Position numbers and translations under genes: made by a program
DNA from: Anthoceros angustus
Taxonomy: Eukaryota > Plantae > Anthocerotophyta
Reading direction: 5' to 3'
Length of the DNA stretch: 64,000 nt
Assembly (NCBI GenBank): GCA_010909165.1
Contig: VJWM01000044.1
Coordinates: forward strand, 1,240,001 to 1,304,000
Notes under the pieces: generated by a model
Told to the model about the DNA's origin: nothing
The model's database searches: none
What the model saw: the letters and a program-made list of their open reading frames with translations, nothing else
In this document: positions 61,799 through 64,000 of the stretch, piece after piece
How positions within the stretch are numbered: the first letter of the stretch is position 1
Layout: the number at the start of each line of letters is the position of its first letter

Positions 61799-64000
61799 TC
61801 ATGGTTGGCTGACTACGCTGCTTTGCCTTGACGGCTGCCTTTCCATGACGGCATTCTGCAAGAGGTCCACCACCATGCTCATTTGAGGGCGTTGCAAGGG
61901 CGATGGATCTGTGCAGGTGAGGGCCACCCTCAGAACCGCAACCATTTGTTCGCGCACAGCTTCCGGATCTGCCATCATGGAAGCATCCAAAAGATCGTCT
62001 GTCACATCCCCTTTCGATGCAACGCTTCTCACCCAGCTCACAAGATCCAGACTGTCTCCGTAGGATTCTTCTCTAAGAATCCTTCCAGTGACAATTTCCA
62101 TCAGCACCACTCCAAAGCTGTACACATTGCTCTTCTTGGTCACCTCCATCGTGAATACATATTCTGATCAATCCACTTGCAAGGAGTTAGTATGAACGAA
62201 TTCAGGCTAAAAGGTTGAAGGATTTAGAGTGGTGAGACTAGACACTACCTGGAGCAAGATAGCCGACGGAACCTGGAAGGGCTGTCATGCTTCGGGCGTG
62301 CCCCTTGGAGGGCTCCATCACGTCAAACAGCTCGCAGTCTCCAATCACGGCTTCAAGCTCTTCACTGACAAAGATGTTGCCTGAGGTGATGTCCAAGTGA
62401 ATGATGGAAGAATCGGCTGCCTGGTCGTGAAGGTAAGCGATGCCCTGAGCAGCGCCGAGGGCAATCTGATACCTGGCAGGCCATTTCAGCTTGTTCTGGC
62501 TCAGCAGGAGTCGCAGGGTCCCATTTCTGGCCCTCCTGTAGACAATCATGACGGCCTCTTCAGACACCAGGAATCCCACCGGCTGCATCAGATTTTTGTG
62601 CTTCAGATAATCCTTGCTCAAAGCGTTTTCCAGTTCTGACATCCGATCTTTGTAGTGCTCCAGCACATCTTTTTCCAGCATGAGCTTCTTCACCACCAGA
62701 TCCACCTTTCGGGCTCGGTACATTGTGCTGAACCTGTTGCTGCTTATGGGAGGAGGTTTCCCATTCACTGTGCTATCTACCAGTTCTTCCAGATCCACTC
62801 CCGGAAAGCCATCCGTGAGGAAGCGACCTGCAGCTGGTAGCGAAGGATCCATAACGACGGCAGCCCGCCGGCGATACCTGTACCCAGTCCCTCGACAGCG
62901 TAACCATGCCAGCAGCAGAACAGCACCGATTCCCAGGGCAGCGCCTGCCCCTAAGATGCCCAGGCCAGGAAGCATCCATTCCTCGGTCCCTGCCTTCTCC
63001 CCGCGCTCGCAAGGAGGCAGCGGGGATCCACACAGCCCGGGGTTACCAGAAAACGAAGTCCGGTTGAGGACGGATGCCGGGAGCGGAGGCAGCGAGCCTG
63101 TGAGCAAGTTGTTGGAGACGTTCAACACCTGCAAGTTCTGCATGCTCTCCATATTCGCAGGAACATGCCCCGACAGCCTGTTGTAGGACAGATCCAGCAC
63201 CCGGAGTTCCTGCAAATCGGTGACCTCGTCCGGAATGCCTCCAGTGAGCGCACTGAAGCTGAGATCAAGCACTTCCAGATTCTCCAAGCTCCCAATCTCC
63301 ACAGGAATGCCCCCGCCGATAGCATTCCTCCCGATCTTGAGCTCCACCAGGTTCCTCAACCCTACAATCGTGCTCGGAATCACGCCAGACATCCGGTTGC
63401 GTTGCAAAACCAAGTGCTTCAAGCTAGTCATGTTCCCCACGTTCTCCGGAATGCCCCCCCCGAGCAGATTGGCACTCAGATCAAGACTGACAAGGCCGGA
63501 CAAGCTGAGCAACGACGGCGGGATGCTGGTGGCCAGATAGTTGAAAGACAAATCCACACTGACCAGCTTCTCCATCTGTCCAATGCCAGCGGGAATCGCT
63601 CCCGCCAGCTGGTTCCTCCGCAGGTTGAGGGACTCCAACTTCCCGCACTTCCCGATCTCAGCCGGGATCGGGCCATACAGCCCGACCCCCTCCAGCTCCA
63701 GAACCGAAAGATTTCCCAACATCCCTATCTCCGCCGGCAGAACGCCTTCCAGAGTGTTTCCGCTCAAACGCAAACCTCTCAGGGCCTGGCACATGCCGAT
63801 CTCGGCCGGAATCGCTCCCACCAGATTGTTCCCAGACAGGTCGATCCATTGCAGCAAACTCCCGTTGCAAATTCCGTGCGGGACAGCCCCGCTCAGAGAA
63901 TTCCCCGACAGGTTCAATGACACCAGCCCCGCGCACCACCCGGGCAAGCTCCCCGTGAGCTGGTTCCCGGACAGATCCAGCTCCTGCAGGCTCAGGGCGG
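61799..64000 (-). CDS. LRR receptor-like kinase, PXC3-like (5' end outside window; intron 62164-62248)
   Basis: Plant LRRs (LxGxIP), C-cap FSGNPGLCG, TM helix, kinase with SNRFSTMYRA, HLDITSGNI, IGDCEL, GSVGYLAP|EYVFTMEVT..SNVYSFGVVL. Confidence 0.88.

Overview
Gene-dense land-plant nuclear DNA with short (mostly ~80-140 nt) introns. The compact genes and a PLS-PPR protein with lengthened L motifs and an 'SWW' motif suggest a seed-free plant, most likely a hornwort (inference). Left to right: the 3' part of an LTR retrotransposon (antisense coiled-coil ORF, PPT, 3' LTR); myosin VIII (+); a minus-strand run of a long PLS-E(+) PPR editing-factor gene, TFIIE-alpha, a decayed RLE-type LINE with a 67-bp minisatellite, PEX4, intronless VDE, RabB, a bZIP60 ortholog, an orphan membrane-protein gene, two intronless SCPL20-like carboxypeptidases (plus a partial duplicate) and SEC3; tRNA-Glu(CTC); an R2R3-MYB (+); a TIR-element cluster; an intact Harbinger-derived ALP1/HARBI1-like ORF with an altered catalytic triad; and a PXC3-like LRR-RLK running off the right edge. 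The most striking observation is in bZIP60: the predicted 23-nt IRE1 unconventional intron is split by a 135-nt spliceosomal intron, so the twin-hairpin substrate exists only after nuclear splicing. Several near-identical tandem duplications with small indels may be long-read assembly artefacts.
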